A stretch of DNA of 64,000 nt, from positions 141,526 through 205,525 of the forward strand of contig CAYPSW010000002.1 in the NCBI GenBank assembly GCA_964413685.1. Direction: 5' to 3'. Origin of the DNA: an uncultured Chitinophagales bacterium. Its GTDB lineage: Bacteria > Bacteroidota > Bacteroidia > Chitinophagales > S012-47. The notes beneath the pieces are model-generated. The model worked only from the letters and a program-made list of their open reading frames with translations. It was not told the origin of the DNA and did no database searches. Shown here one piece after another: positions 39,061 through 48,934 of the stretch; within the stretch, counting starts at the first letter, position 1, and the number at the start of each line of letters is the position of its first letter. The position numbers and the translations under genes are program-made.

Positions 39061-40158
39061 ATGATTGATATTTTACATAGTAAATTTTTTTTCCCGGTTT
39101 TATTTGTCAGCTTCATCATTCTATCACTTGTAGTTAATAGAATATTAATCCGCTTTTCTTTAAATCTTGGTAGCAGAACCCAGGAAGGTTCCATCAGATG
39201 GAGTGATGAATCCAAACCGGCTTTGGGAGGTTTTTCGTTTTATCTCCTTTTTGTGATTTCTATTTTTTTAATTGGTATGATGCCAATTTCAAATCATGAT
39301 GCAGGTAATCCGGAACTATTAGGTTTGTTTATGGCCGCTTCTTTGGGCTTTTTTATCGGACTGGCAGATGATGCTTACAACACATACCCTATTTTGAAAT
39401 TCCTCGGTCAGCTGACCTGTGCCAATATCCTTATTGCCTCAAACCTGATTATTCCATTAACTCCTGACCTTACGATCAATGGAATTTTTACTATTGTTTG
39501 GGTTGTGGCCATAATGAATAGTATTAATATGCTTGATAATATGGATGGAGTTACCTCGGTGGTTTCAATTGGGATTTTACTAAATGGAATGTTAATAATT
39601 TTTCTGAGAACCGGAGTTTTTACTACAACCATGCTTTTGTTTTCGTTAATCATTGCGGCTATCTTAGGATTCTTGTTTTTCAACTGGCACCCGTCAAGAA
39701 TTATTATGGGAGATTCTGGAAGCCAATTTTTAGGTATTTTATTAGCTGCGACTAGTATTTGGTGTATGTGGGATTTTAAAAATCCGACTGGCGAATATTT
39801 CCAGATTAGACAATTTCTTATTCCTTTGGCTGCGTTTCAAATTCCATTATTTGACACCACAACAGTTATTATAAGACGCCTGCTTCGAGGACAATCTCCT
39901 TTCGTTGGAGGAAAGGATCATACCACACATCAATTTGCATTTCTTGGGATGAAGGATGAAAATGTCACACTGCTTTTCGCAATCATTGCTTTATTTTCAC
40001 TTTTCGAGGTTTACTTCCTTTATAAACTATACTTCCATTGGATTTGGTGGTATAGCTTTGCTGTAGTCAGTTTCTTTGTTTTACAATTTGCAGTTTTACA
40101 AATTTTCTATCAAAAAGGGTGGAGGAAGCAAGTAAATGAATTATTACATTCTGCTTAG
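39061..40158 (+). CDS. Polyprenyl-phosphate N-acetylhexosamine-1-phosphate transferase (MraY/WecA family)
   Basis: 365 aa, polytopic. Contains DD..N, NMLDNMDG and GDSGS motifs of the glycosyltransferase-4 (MraY/WecA) superfamily. Confidence 0.8.
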   Translation: MIDILHSKFFFPVLFVSFIILSLVVNRILIRFSLNLGSRTQEGSIRWSDESKPALGGFSFYLLFVISIFLIGMMPISNHDAGNPELLGLFMAASLGFFIGLADDAYNTYPILKFLGQLTCANILIASNLIIPLTPDLTINGIFTIVWVVAIMNSINMLDNMDGVTSVVSIGILLNGMLIIFLRTGVFTTTMLLFSLIIAAILGFLFFNWHPSRIIMGDSGSQFLGILLAATSIWCMWDFKNPTGEYFQIRQFLIPLAAFQIPLFDTTTVIIRRLLRGQSPFVGGKDHTTHQFAFLGMKDENVTLLFAIIALFSLFEVYFLYKLYFHWIWWYSFAVVSFFVLQFAVLQIFYQKGWRKQVNELLHSA

Positions 40159-40263
40159 GTTTTCTTTACCAGTCTATTTTTCACAATTTTTTCTTGGAAT
40201 ATTAAAATTAGACTCCGATACTTTGGCAATACCTTATATTAGCAAGATAGAGACCGGTTTTTT

Positions 40264-41592
40264 ATGACTGTGGCAGATCTGATTATCGCACCCATATATT
40301 TCATATTACTACTTTTGTTTGCCTCGTTCTATCAGCAAAAAAAAGTAGTTACTGCACCTGAATATCGCTGGTTTAAGAAGGGCTTGCTTGTAAAAATGTT
40401 GGGAGCAATGAGCTTCGCTATGGTATATCAATTTTATTATGGAGGAGGAGATACCTTTGGTTATTTTTACGGAGGAAGCGCATACCTCGATTTTTTTATT
40501 GCTTCACCAACCCATGCATGGTCCTTTTTGTGGGAGGGACCTCATGGTTTGCATTATTATGAATTCCTTACTTATGCACCACCGGGTTACCAATATATTT
40601 ACAGAGGCCCTGCTGAACTACTGATTACTAAAATTACCGCATTCGTCAACTTGCTATCTTTCAATACTTATGCGGGAAGTTCACTTTTATTTGCATTGTT
40701 TTCCTATTCCGGAATCTGGGCACTTTATCGAACCTTTACTTCGGTTTTTAAAGGAATAGATAAAGAATTGGCGATTGCTGTTTTGTTCCTGCCATCTGTA
40801 TTTTTCTGGGGTTCGGGGATATTAAAAGACACTATCAGCCTGGGTGCATTAGGCTGGTTTGTAAGGGGCATTTGGCTGTTGTTTATAAGTCGGCAATCCT
40901 TCTTTAAAGCAGCTCTCATAATCATGCTATCGTCTGTATTAATTGTAGGAATCAAACCCTATATTATTCTGGCATTTTTACCAGCCGCATTGCTATGGAT
41001 TGGCAATTACTACAGAAATCTGATGCCAAGTGGATTTTTGCGTACAGCTTTGATTCCTTTCTTCCTACTAATTATATTTTTCTCTGGATACAAATTAATA
41101 ACAGAAATTGGTAATAACCTGGGGAAATACTCAGTAAACAATCTTGAAAATGCTGCGGAAGGTTTTCAATCATGGCATCAGGTTGCATCTGAAGGTGGTT
41201 CGGGATATACCCTTGGATCCGATATTGATATGAGTACTGCGGGCATGTTGCGTTTATTTCCAAAAGCGCTGAATATTGCACTTTTCAGACCTTATCCCTG
41301 GGAAGCCGGTTCTATCGTCATTTTGGCTTCTGCTTTTGAAAGTTTTTCTATCCTAATTCTTACACTTTTAGTCGCATTTAAATTAGGACCTCTCAGGATG
41401 CTACAAAAAATTTGGAGTCATCCATTTCTCTTTGCCTGCTTCATTTTCTCCTTAGTATTTGGTTTTGCTGTGGGATTCACTTCTTATAATTTCGGAGCTT
41501 TGGTTCGCTATAAAATTCCTATGATGCCTTTCTATGTGGGTATGTTATTGGTCCTTTGGGCTTCCAGAAAAGGGAAATTCGAAATTCAGTAA
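40264..41592 (+). CDS. Polytopic membrane protein of unknown function, possibly a Wzy/EpsG-like polymerase
   Basis: 442 aa with about 11-12 TM segments and one large loop (NLENAAEGFQSWHQVASEGGSGYTLGSD...FRPYPWE). The function is guessed from genomic context only. Confidence 0.35.
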   Translation: MTVADLIIAPIYFILLLLFASFYQQKKVVTAPEYRWFKKGLLVKMLGAMSFAMVYQFYYGGGDTFGYFYGGSAYLDFFIASPTHAWSFLWEGPHGLHYYEFLTYAPPGYQYIYRGPAELLITKITAFVNLLSFNTYAGSSLLFALFSYSGIWALYRTFTSVFKGIDKELAIAVLFLPSVFFWGSGILKDTISLGALGWFVRGIWLLFISRQSFFKAALIIMLSSVLIVGIKPYIILAFLPAALLWIGNYYRNLMPSGFLRTALIPFFLLIIFFSGYKLITEIGNNLGKYSVNNLENAAEGFQSWHQVASEGGSGYTLGSDIDMSTAGMLRLFPKALNIALFRPYPWEAGSIVILASAFESFSILILTLLVAFKLGPLRMLQKIWSHPFLFACFIFSLVFGFAVGFTSYNFGALVRYKIPMMPFYVGMLLVLWASRKGKFEIQ

Positions 41593-41655
41593 TAATTCGT
41601 CCATATTTCAACAAATTGATCTAATCATTTTATAAAATAGCACATACTGATAAAC

Positions 41656-41663
41656 TATCTTTG
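41656..41663 (+). promoter_or_regulatory. -7 promoter box (TATCTTTG) upstream of purH
   Basis: Exact TAnnTTTG, 32 nt upstream of the ATG at 41696. Confidence 0.5.
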
Positions 41664-41695
41664 CGGCTGGCATTTTTTCAATAAATATTGTACAC

Positions 41696-43222
41696 ATGCA
41701 TGATATCAAAGCGATCCGTTCAGCCCTGATTTCCGTTTATTCCAAAACCGGACTTGATCCTATTGTCAGTAATCTTAATAAACTTGGTATCAAAATATAT
41801 TCTACAGGAGGTACAGCAGAATATATTCGTAAACTTGGTGTGGAAGTGCATCGGGTTGAAGCATTGACTAATTACCCATCCATACTTGGTGGAAGAGTTA
41901 AAACGCTGCATCCTAAAGTCTTTGGTGGCATTTTGGCAAGGCGTCATGAAGCAAATGACATGAAGCAATTGCTAGCGTATGACATTCCTGAAATAGACCT
42001 GGTGATAGTTGATTTGTATCCATTTGAAGAAACCTTGAAAGAAACCGATCAGGAAGAAAAAATTATTGAGAAAATAGACATTGGGGGCATTTCTTTAATC
42101 AGAGCTGCTGCTAAGAATTATAAAGATTGTCTGGTGCTTGCATCCCGTCAGCAATATTCTTCTTTTGGGAAACTCCTAACAGAGAAAAAAGGTGAATCAA
42201 ATTTGATAGAGAGACGAAACTATGCTTTAGAAGCTTTTCGTGTTTCAGCTCATTACGATTCAGCTATTAGCCAGTATTTTTCGGGCAATGAAGATGAGGG
42301 TCTGGAAATCAAATTCAGTAAAGGTCAGTCACTTCGTTATGGCGAAAATCCTCATCAGAAGGCCTTGTTTTTTGGGGCATTTGATGATGCTTTTATTCAA
42401 CTGAACGGTAAGGCAATTTCATACAATAACCTAGTTGATATTGATTCAGCAGTGCGGGTTATGGCAGATTTCGAAGGTATTACGGTAGCAGTCATCAAAC
42501 ATACTAATACATGCGGATTGGCTGAACGAGATTCATTAATAGAGGCTTGGAATAATGCTTTAGCAGGAGATCCGGTTTCAGCATTTGGTGGTATTGTTAT
42601 TTGTAATCGCACGATGAATTTGGAAACTGCTGCTGAAATCAATAAACTTTTTGTTGAAGTAGTTATTGCTCCTGACTATGATTCCGATGCACTCGAAATA
42701 CTGAAAAGCAAAAAGAACAGAATTTTACTCCAGCAAAAACTTTTTGAATTTGGCCATTCACAATTCAAAAGTTTGCTCAATGGTGTTTTATGGCAGCAAA
42801 CAAACCTTAACACAGAATCTGATGCTGACATGAAACCAACCACTATTATTGAACCCACACCAGAAGAATTAGAAGATTTGGTATTTGCCAATAAAGCTGT
42901 AAAGCATCTAAAATCCAATGCCATTGCACTCGTTAAAAATCGGCAATTAATTGGTATTGGAACCGGACAAACTAGTAGGGTAGCTGCCCTTGAACAGGCA
43001 ATAAGTAAAGCCAAGGCATTTCATTTTGATTTAAAAGGTGCCGTCATGGCCAGTGATGCATTTTTCCCTTTCCCCGATTGCGTTGAAATTGCTAATAATG
43101 AAGGTATCAAAGCTATTGTTCAACCCGGAGGCTCTATTCGTGATCAGCAGTCGATTGACTATTGCAATGAACATCAAATAGCGATGGTATTCACTGGAAT
43201 CAGACATTTTAAGCACGGATAA
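41696..43222 (+). CDS. purH: Bifunctional AICAR transformylase / IMP cyclohydrolase
   Basis: 508 aa with ALISVYSKTG, GGRVKTLHP, DLVIVDLYPF, GENPHQ and FFPF.D motifs. Confidence 0.95.
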   Translation: MHDIKAIRSALISVYSKTGLDPIVSNLNKLGIKIYSTGGTAEYIRKLGVEVHRVEALTNYPSILGGRVKTLHPKVFGGILARRHEANDMKQLLAYDIPEIDLVIVDLYPFEETLKETDQEEKIIEKIDIGGISLIRAAAKNYKDCLVLASRQQYSSFGKLLTEKKGESNLIERRNYALEAFRVSAHYDSAISQYFSGNEDEGLEIKFSKGQSLRYGENPHQKALFFGAFDDAFIQLNGKAISYNNLVDIDSAVRVMADFEGITVAVIKHTNTCGLAERDSLIEAWNNALAGDPVSAFGGIVICNRTMNLETAAEINKLFVEVVIAPDYDSDALEILKSKKNRILLQQKLFEFGHSQFKSLLNGVLWQQTNLNTESDADMKPTTIIEPTPEELEDLVFANKAVKHLKSNAIALVKNRQLIGIGTGQTSRVAALEQAISKAKAFHFDLKGAVMASDAFFPFPDCVEIANNEGIKAIVQPGGSIRDQQSIDYCNEHQIAMVFTGIRHFKHG

Positions 43223-43352
43223 TCTACTCTTGTCCTTTATGCAATGGTATTTCTCCTATTCATTTGATTTTCATCTGAAATTGGTCTAATTTAACGGAGC
43301 GTTAAAGCACAATCTTCTTATTTTTACACATCAAAATCCGGGACATCCAGAT

Positions 43353-44378
43353 ATGGGATTATTTAATTTTTTTACTCAGGAGATTGCCATTGACTTAGGC
43401 ACAGCCAATACTTTAATCATTTATGATGATAAGGTAGTTGTTGATGAGCCATCTATTGTAGCCATTGACAGAATTTCAGATAGAGTGATAGCAGTTGGCA
43501 GTCAGGCCATGCAAATGCACGAAAAAACCCATGAGAGAATAAAGACTATCAGACCCTTGAAAGATGGTGTTATTGCCGATTTTCAGGCTGCTGAAGCTAT
43601 GATCAGGGCTATGATAAAAATGATTAATCCAAAAGGAAGACTGTTTAAACCTTCGCTTGCTATGGTTATTTGCATACCATCGGGAATAACTGAGGTTGAA
43701 AAACGCGCTGTTTATGATTCAGCTGAGCAAGCAGGTGCCCGTGAAAGATATTTGATTCATGAACCCATGGCTGCCGCTATTGGAATTGGAATTAATGTTC
43801 AGGAACCCATGGGTAATATGATAATTGATATTGGTGGCGGAACAACAGAAATTGCCGTAATTGCTTTATCAGGCATTGTTTGCAACCAATCAATCCGCAT
43901 TGCCGGTGATGAGTTTAATTTTGATATCGTAAATTATATCAGGCGCCAGCACAACATGTTGATTGGTGAAAGGACTGCTGAACAGATTAAAATTAATGTC
44001 GGTTCTGCACTAACAGAGCTTGACGATCAGGTAGAAGATTTTGCGGTAAATGGTCGTGATTTAATGACAGGAATTCCAAAACAAATTATTGTCAATTACT
44101 CTGAAATTGCCCATTGCCTCAATAAATCTATTACGAAAATTGAAGAAGCTGTTTTAAAAGCTTTAGAGATTACACCTCCTGAATTGTCTGCTGATATCCT
44201 CCAAACCGGCCTTTACCTTACGGGTGGAGGGGCCTTGTTGCGTGGTCTGGATAAACGACTCTCACAAAAGACAAAATTACTTGTTCATGTTGCTGATGAT
44301 CCCTTAAGAGCAGTTGTCAGGGGTACGGGAATTGTTTTGAAAGATCGAAGAAAATACCAGAGTATCCTTATTGCCTGA
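43353..44378 (+). CDS. mreB: Rod shape-determining protein MreB
   Basis: 341 aa, actin-like ATPase with IDLGTANT, DIGGGTT and LTGGGALL. Confidence 0.95.
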   Translation: MGLFNFFTQEIAIDLGTANTLIIYDDKVVVDEPSIVAIDRISDRVIAVGSQAMQMHEKTHERIKTIRPLKDGVIADFQAAEAMIRAMIKMINPKGRLFKPSLAMVICIPSGITEVEKRAVYDSAEQAGARERYLIHEPMAAAIGIGINVQEPMGNMIIDIGGGTTEIAVIALSGIVCNQSIRIAGDEFNFDIVNYIRRQHNMLIGERTAEQIKINVGSALTELDDQVEDFAVNGRDLMTGIPKQIIVNYSEIAHCLNKSITKIEEAVLKALEITPPELSADILQTGLYLTGGGALLRGLDKRLSQKTKLLVHVADDPLRAVVRGTGIVLKDRRKYQSILIA

Positions 44379-44415
44379 TGCGGTTTTGAACTTGCTTAGT
44401 TTAAGATGACCAGCC

Positions 44416-45246
44416 ATGCGAAATCTATTATTGTTTTTTGTCCGCTACTATGCCTTTTTTCTTTTCCTGCTCATGGAGGTTTTTGGATTTTACATCACCT
44501 ACAAGCAAAAACATTTTCAACAAGTCTATTTTATCCACTCAGCTAATCGTTTGACCGGAACCGTTTTAAACCGCTTTCAGAAATCGATTGATTATTTCCA
44601 TCTTACTGCTATTAATGACAGTTTGATTCGAGAAAATGCTCAGTTAAGAGACAAACTAACTGGCTCTCACAGGAAAGATTCATCAGTTGTTATTCCACAA
44701 AGAGACTCTTTGGGGCAAGTGGTTTACTCTTATATTCCTGCAAGGATTATCAATAATAGTACGTCAGATTATAACAATTATATCACACTGGATCAGGGGA
44801 AAAATCAAGGAATTGTTCCTGGTATGGGCATTATTGGTCCCCATGGTATTGTCGGTGTCGTCAATAATGTATCCAATCATTTTGCCACTGCCATTTCAGT
44901 ATTGCATCATAAATTCAGTACAAAAGCAAAAATTAAAAGAAATAATGTTACCGGTATTTTGGCCTGGCAAAAGATAGATCCGCTACATGCCCAATTGCGC
45001 GATATTGGTCGCTTCAATGAAGTATTGATTGGTGACACTATTCTGACTTCTTCTTACTCAACTATTTTTCCAGGTGATATATCAATAGGTATCGTTGATA
45101 GTGTGTCAATTCCTGAAGGAAGCAATTATTACTTTATTAATATTAGCTTATCAAGCAAGTTCAGAAGTTTAGACTATGTGTATGTAGTTAATTATATTTT
45201 TAAAAGAGAGCAGCAAATGCTTGAATCAACCAACGATAATGAATAA
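44416..45246 (+). CDS. mreC: Rod shape-determining protein MreC
   Basis: 276 aa with an N-terminal TM, a coiled-coil (LIRENAQLRDKL) and a beta-rich C-terminal domain. Lies between mreB and mreD. Confidence 0.85.
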   Translation: MRNLLLFFVRYYAFFLFLLMEVFGFYITYKQKHFQQVYFIHSANRLTGTVLNRFQKSIDYFHLTAINDSLIRENAQLRDKLTGSHRKDSSVVIPQRDSLGQVVYSYIPARIINNSTSDYNNYITLDQGKNQGIVPGMGIIGPHGIVGVVNNVSNHFATAISVLHHKFSTKAKIKRNNVTGILAWQKIDPLHAQLRDIGRFNEVLIGDTILTSSYSTIFPGDISIGIVDSVSIPEGSNYYFINISLSSKFRSLDYVYVVNYIFKREQQMLESTNDNE

Positions 45247-45766
45247 ACAAATCATTGTCCTTATACTTCGTTTTGTTCTGCTGATTCTTTTGCAGGTATT
45301 GGTGATTGATCGTCTGGCCCTAAATGGGTATATAGTCCCCAGAATATACCTGCTGATCGTTTTGATGCTCCCACTTGAAAGCCCTGCATGGCTCGTTCTT
45401 ATTATCAGTTTTATTTGCGGTTTCACAATTGATGTTTTCTCTAATACCGGAGCTATGCATACGATGGCAACCGTCCTGATCGGTTTTTTAAGACCCTTTG
45501 TTGTTTCGCTTATTGCACCTGTCGAGGGCTATGATCCGGAAGATAAACCAAATGTATTTAGTCTTGGTTTTCGATGGTTTTTAATCTATTCCGGCATACT
45601 GACTTTCTTGCATCACGTAGCTTATTTCAGCTTGGAAATAATGAATATGAGCTATCCGGAATATCTGATTAAGAAAATAATATTCACAACTTTAATAAGT
45701 ATCTTATTCATGATTTTGATTCAAATGTTGTTCATATTTTCAGCAAACAGAAATCGATATAGTTAA
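45239..45766 (+). CDS. mreD: Rod shape-determining protein MreD
   Basis: About 175 aa with 5 TM segments. The ATG at 45239 overlaps the mreC stop (ATGAATAA). Position in the operon supports the call. Confidence 0.75.
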   Translation: MNKQIIVLILRFVLLILLQVLVIDRLALNGYIVPRIYLLIVLMLPLESPAWLVLIISFICGFTIDVFSNTGAMHTMATVLIGFLRPFVVSLIAPVEGYDPEDKPNVFSLGFRWFLIYSGILTFLHHVAYFSLEIMNMSYPEYLIKKIIFTTLISILFMILIQMLFIFSANRNRYS

Positions 45767-47607
45767 TGGAACAATTGAGCAATCGAATTGTAGCCATTCG
45801 ATGGTTGGTAATATTGCTGACCTTAGCTCTGATTTTGCGATTATTTTATTTACAGGTTTTAGATAGATCGTACAAAAGAAAAGCTAGTGATATCGGACGT
45901 AAAATTATTTACCCTGCCCGGGGCCTTATTTACGATAGAAATGGACAACTATTAGTTAGCAACGAACCGGTGTATGATGTGCTGGTTACCCGATCAAAAG
46001 TTATAAACCTTGATACCAATCTGTTGGCTACTTTGCTAAATATACCTGATAGCATTTTAGATCAACGTTTTAAAATCTTACAAGACAATAAGAAGGGTTA
46101 TTATTCACCTTATAAACCTGCCGTTCTCATTAGTCAGATTTCACCTGAAGATATTATTGCTTTTCAGGAAAAGCGATTTCTCTTTCCCGGATTTTCTGTA
46201 CAAAGTCGAAGTCTAAGGCATTATCCATTTTCTATTGCAGGACATATAATGGGAGATATGGGAGAAGTAAACGATCAGGAAATAGAACGATATAAAGGCC
46301 GATATGTTCCTGGTGATTATATTGGGAAGGGTGGACTTGAATTACAATATGAACAATTACTCAGAGGCAATAAAGGAGTACGTTACTTTGTAAGAGATAA
46401 ATTAGGAAGAAAGATAGGCCAATTCGAACATGGCAAGTTTGATACTGCTGCAGTGGAGGGAAAAACATTGATAACAAGTCTGGATGTTGAATTGCAGGCG
46501 TATGCAGAGTGGCTGATGCACGGAAAGCGAGGCAGTATTGTGGCTATTGAACCTAGTACAGGACAAATCCTGGCCATGGTTTCAAGTCCGGGATATGACC
46601 CTAATTTGTTGGTAGGAAGAAACCGTGGCCATAATTATAAAATGTTACTTGATGACACTATCAACAAACCACTTATCAACCGGCCACTAACTGCCATGTA
46701 TCCTCCCGGTTCAACTTTTAAACCGATCATGGGATTGATTGCTCTTCAGGAAAATATATTGAATATTCACGAAGGTTTTCCGTGCCATGGGGGTTTTTAT
46801 ATCTCAGGTCTTCATATAGGCTGCCATAACCATGGACCTGTTCATTCGCTTACCAAGGCCATTGAAATATCATGCAATACTTATTTCTGCCAAATCTTTG
46901 CCCGAATGATAAGTAATGTAAAATATGAAAATGAAGACCTTGCCTTATCGGTGTGGGATAAATATTTATTTCAAATGGAAATGGGTCTTAAGACAGGTAT
47001 TGATTTGCACAATGAATATTCCGGAAATATTCCTACACCTGAGTACTATAAGCGGATTTATGGGAATTATCGTTGGCGTGCTTCAACCATTATATCGGAT
47101 GCTTTTGGACAAGGAGAAATTCTGGTGACACCATTACAATTAGCCAATGTATATGCAATTATCGCAAACCGAGGATTCTATTTTAAGCCACATTTGCTAG
47201 TTCAAAATGATGGAGATACTTCAGGGCTTGGACAATATTATGTAAAAAATTACACGGACATTGATTCGGCCAATTACGAGTTAATCATGGATGGACTTGA
47301 AATGGCTGTGGAGCTGGGTACAGCAAAACTTGCCCGTGTTGACTCCGTTATTGTTTGTGGTAAAACAGGAACAGCACAAAATCCCTTTGGCGAGGACCAT
47401 TCCATTTTTGCTGCTTTTGCTCCTCGCAATCATCCCAAAATCGCTATTGCTGTATTTATCGAGAATGCAGGATTCGGAGGCACCTGGGCGGCCCCGATAG
47501 CCGGTTTACTGATAGAAAAGTATTTAAAAGGCTATATACCAAAAAACAAAGAATGGCTGGAAAATTATGCTCAGCAAAAAGTAATGGATTATTATGGCAC
47601 GAAATGA
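45766..47607 (+). CDS. mrdA: Penicillin-binding protein 2 (elongasome transpeptidase)
   Basis: 613 aa with PGSTFK (SxxK), SCN (SxN) and KTGTA (KTG) motifs and an N-terminal TM anchor. Confidence 0.92.
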   Translation: MEQLSNRIVAIRWLVILLTLALILRLFYLQVLDRSYKRKASDIGRKIIYPARGLIYDRNGQLLVSNEPVYDVLVTRSKVINLDTNLLATLLNIPDSILDQRFKILQDNKKGYYSPYKPAVLISQISPEDIIAFQEKRFLFPGFSVQSRSLRHYPFSIAGHIMGDMGEVNDQEIERYKGRYVPGDYIGKGGLELQYEQLLRGNKGVRYFVRDKLGRKIGQFEHGKFDTAAVEGKTLITSLDVELQAYAEWLMHGKRGSIVAIEPSTGQILAMVSSPGYDPNLLVGRNRGHNYKMLLDDTINKPLINRPLTAMYPPGSTFKPIMGLIALQENILNIHEGFPCHGGFYISGLHIGCHNHGPVHSLTKAIEISCNTYFCQIFARMISNVKYENEDLALSVWDKYLFQMEMGLKTGIDLHNEYSGNIPTPEYYKRIYGNYRWRASTIISDAFGQGEILVTPLQLANVYAIIANRGFYFKPHLLVQNDGDTSGLGQYYVKNYTDIDSANYELIMDGLEMAVELGTAKLARVDSVIVCGKTGTAQNPFGEDHSIFAAFAPRNHPKIAIAVFIENAGFGGTWAAPIAGLLIEKYLKGYIPKNKEWLENYAQQKVMDYYGTK

Positions 47608-48868
47608 TAATAAAGCATTAAGCCTCGACTTCTGGAGCGTCTTGCTTTATCTCCTTTTGATTACTTGGGGATGGGCAACGATTTACGCAGTGGATTATCG
47701 TGGACAGGCTATGCCCCTATTCGATTTGGCTACACAGCATGGCAAGCAGTTACTTTGGATTGCCGTTTCATTGTTTCTGGGAATGCTGCTTTTAATTATT
47801 GATCAAAAGTTTTACGCTTCATTTGCTTATTTCTTTTATGGGTTCGTGATATGTCTGCTTTTGGCCGTTTTAATATTTGCTCCAGCTGTTAAAGGAGCTC
47901 ATTCATGGTTTCAATTGGGTGCTTTCAAATTACAGCCATCAGAATTAGCAAAATTCGCTACTCTTCTCGCATTGGCACGCTACCTGACGGGGATACAGGT
48001 GCTCATGAAGTATAATAAAACAAGAATAAAAGCACTATGCATTATCATGCTACCCGCTTTGTTGATTTTGCTTCAACCTGATCCGGGTTCCATGCTGGTT
48101 TACCTCGGACTTATTATCGTATTGTATCGTGAAGGATTTCCTGTCTGGCCATTTATTTTATTGCTTAGCATTGGTATTTTATTCCTGTTAACTGTTTGGG
48201 TCGGGTCAATGCCTGTTTTGATTGGTGTATCCACTTTGTTCCTTGTTTTGATTCTGCTTATCTTTTTTCAATCTAAAAAAAGGAAATTACGACTTGCCTT
48301 CATGTTAGTTTTATTCGGTCTGACAGCAGCATACACACAGTTTGGTGTTAACGCAGTTTACTATCATGTGCTGAAAGAACACCACCGTAACCGCATAAAT
48401 GTATTACTAGGTAAATCGGCTGACAGAGGAGCAGACTATAATGTAACTCAATCAAAAATAGCGATAGGTTCTGGTGGATTAACTGGCAAAGGTTTCTTGC
48501 AAGGAACAATGACTAAAGGTGAATTTGTACCCGAACAAAGTACAGATTTTATCTTCTCAACACTTGGGGAAGAGTGGGGGTTTTGGGGATCTGCTATGGT
48601 TATATTGCTTTTCATGGCCTTGATGCTGAGAATTATTATTCTGGCAGAAAGGCAACGCTCCCGATTCAGCAAAATATATGCTTATGGAGTCTTGTCAATT
48701 TTTTTAGTTCATGTAACCGTAAATATTGCCATGTCGCTTGGCATATTTCCTGTCGTGGGTATTCCCCTGCCATTTTTCAGTTATGGCGGCTCTTCCCTGC
48801 TGGACTTCAGTATATTGTTCTTTATTTTATTAAACTTCGATGCAAATCGAAAAGCCATCTTTCGCTAA
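47594..48868 (+). CDS. rodA: Rod shape-determining protein RodA (SEDS family)
   Basis: 424 aa, polytopic, with QPSELAK, TDFIFS..GEE.G and PLPF.SYGGSS motifs. Overlaps mrdA by 14 nt. Confidence 0.92.
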   Translation: MARNDNKALSLDFWSVLLYLLLITWGWATIYAVDYRGQAMPLFDLATQHGKQLLWIAVSLFLGMLLLIIDQKFYASFAYFFYGFVICLLLAVLIFAPAVKGAHSWFQLGAFKLQPSELAKFATLLALARYLTGIQVLMKYNKTRIKALCIIMLPALLILLQPDPGSMLVYLGLIIVLYREGFPVWPFILLLSIGILFLLTVWVGSMPVLIGVSTLFLVLILLIFFQSKKRKLRLAFMLVLFGLTAAYTQFGVNAVYYHVLKEHHRNRINVLLGKSADRGADYNVTQSKIAIGSGGLTGKGFLQGTMTKGEFVPEQSTDFIFSTLGEEWGFWGSAMVILLFMALMLRIIILAERQRSRFSKIYAYGVLSIFLVHVTVNIAMSLGIFPVVGIPLPFFSYGGSSLLDFSILFFILLNFDANRKAIFR

Positions 48869-48920
48869 ATCTATTTATATGGTTGATATTCTAGGCCAAT
48901 CAGTAACTTTGCTTTCTTAA

Positions 48921-48928
48921 TAATTTTG
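48921..48928 (+). promoter_or_regulatory. -7 promoter box (TAATTTTG), 6 nt upstream of the aspS ATG
   Basis: Exact TAnnTTTG. The motif G is at 48928 and the ATG at 48935. Confidence 0.5.
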
Positions 48929-48934
48929 ATACTA

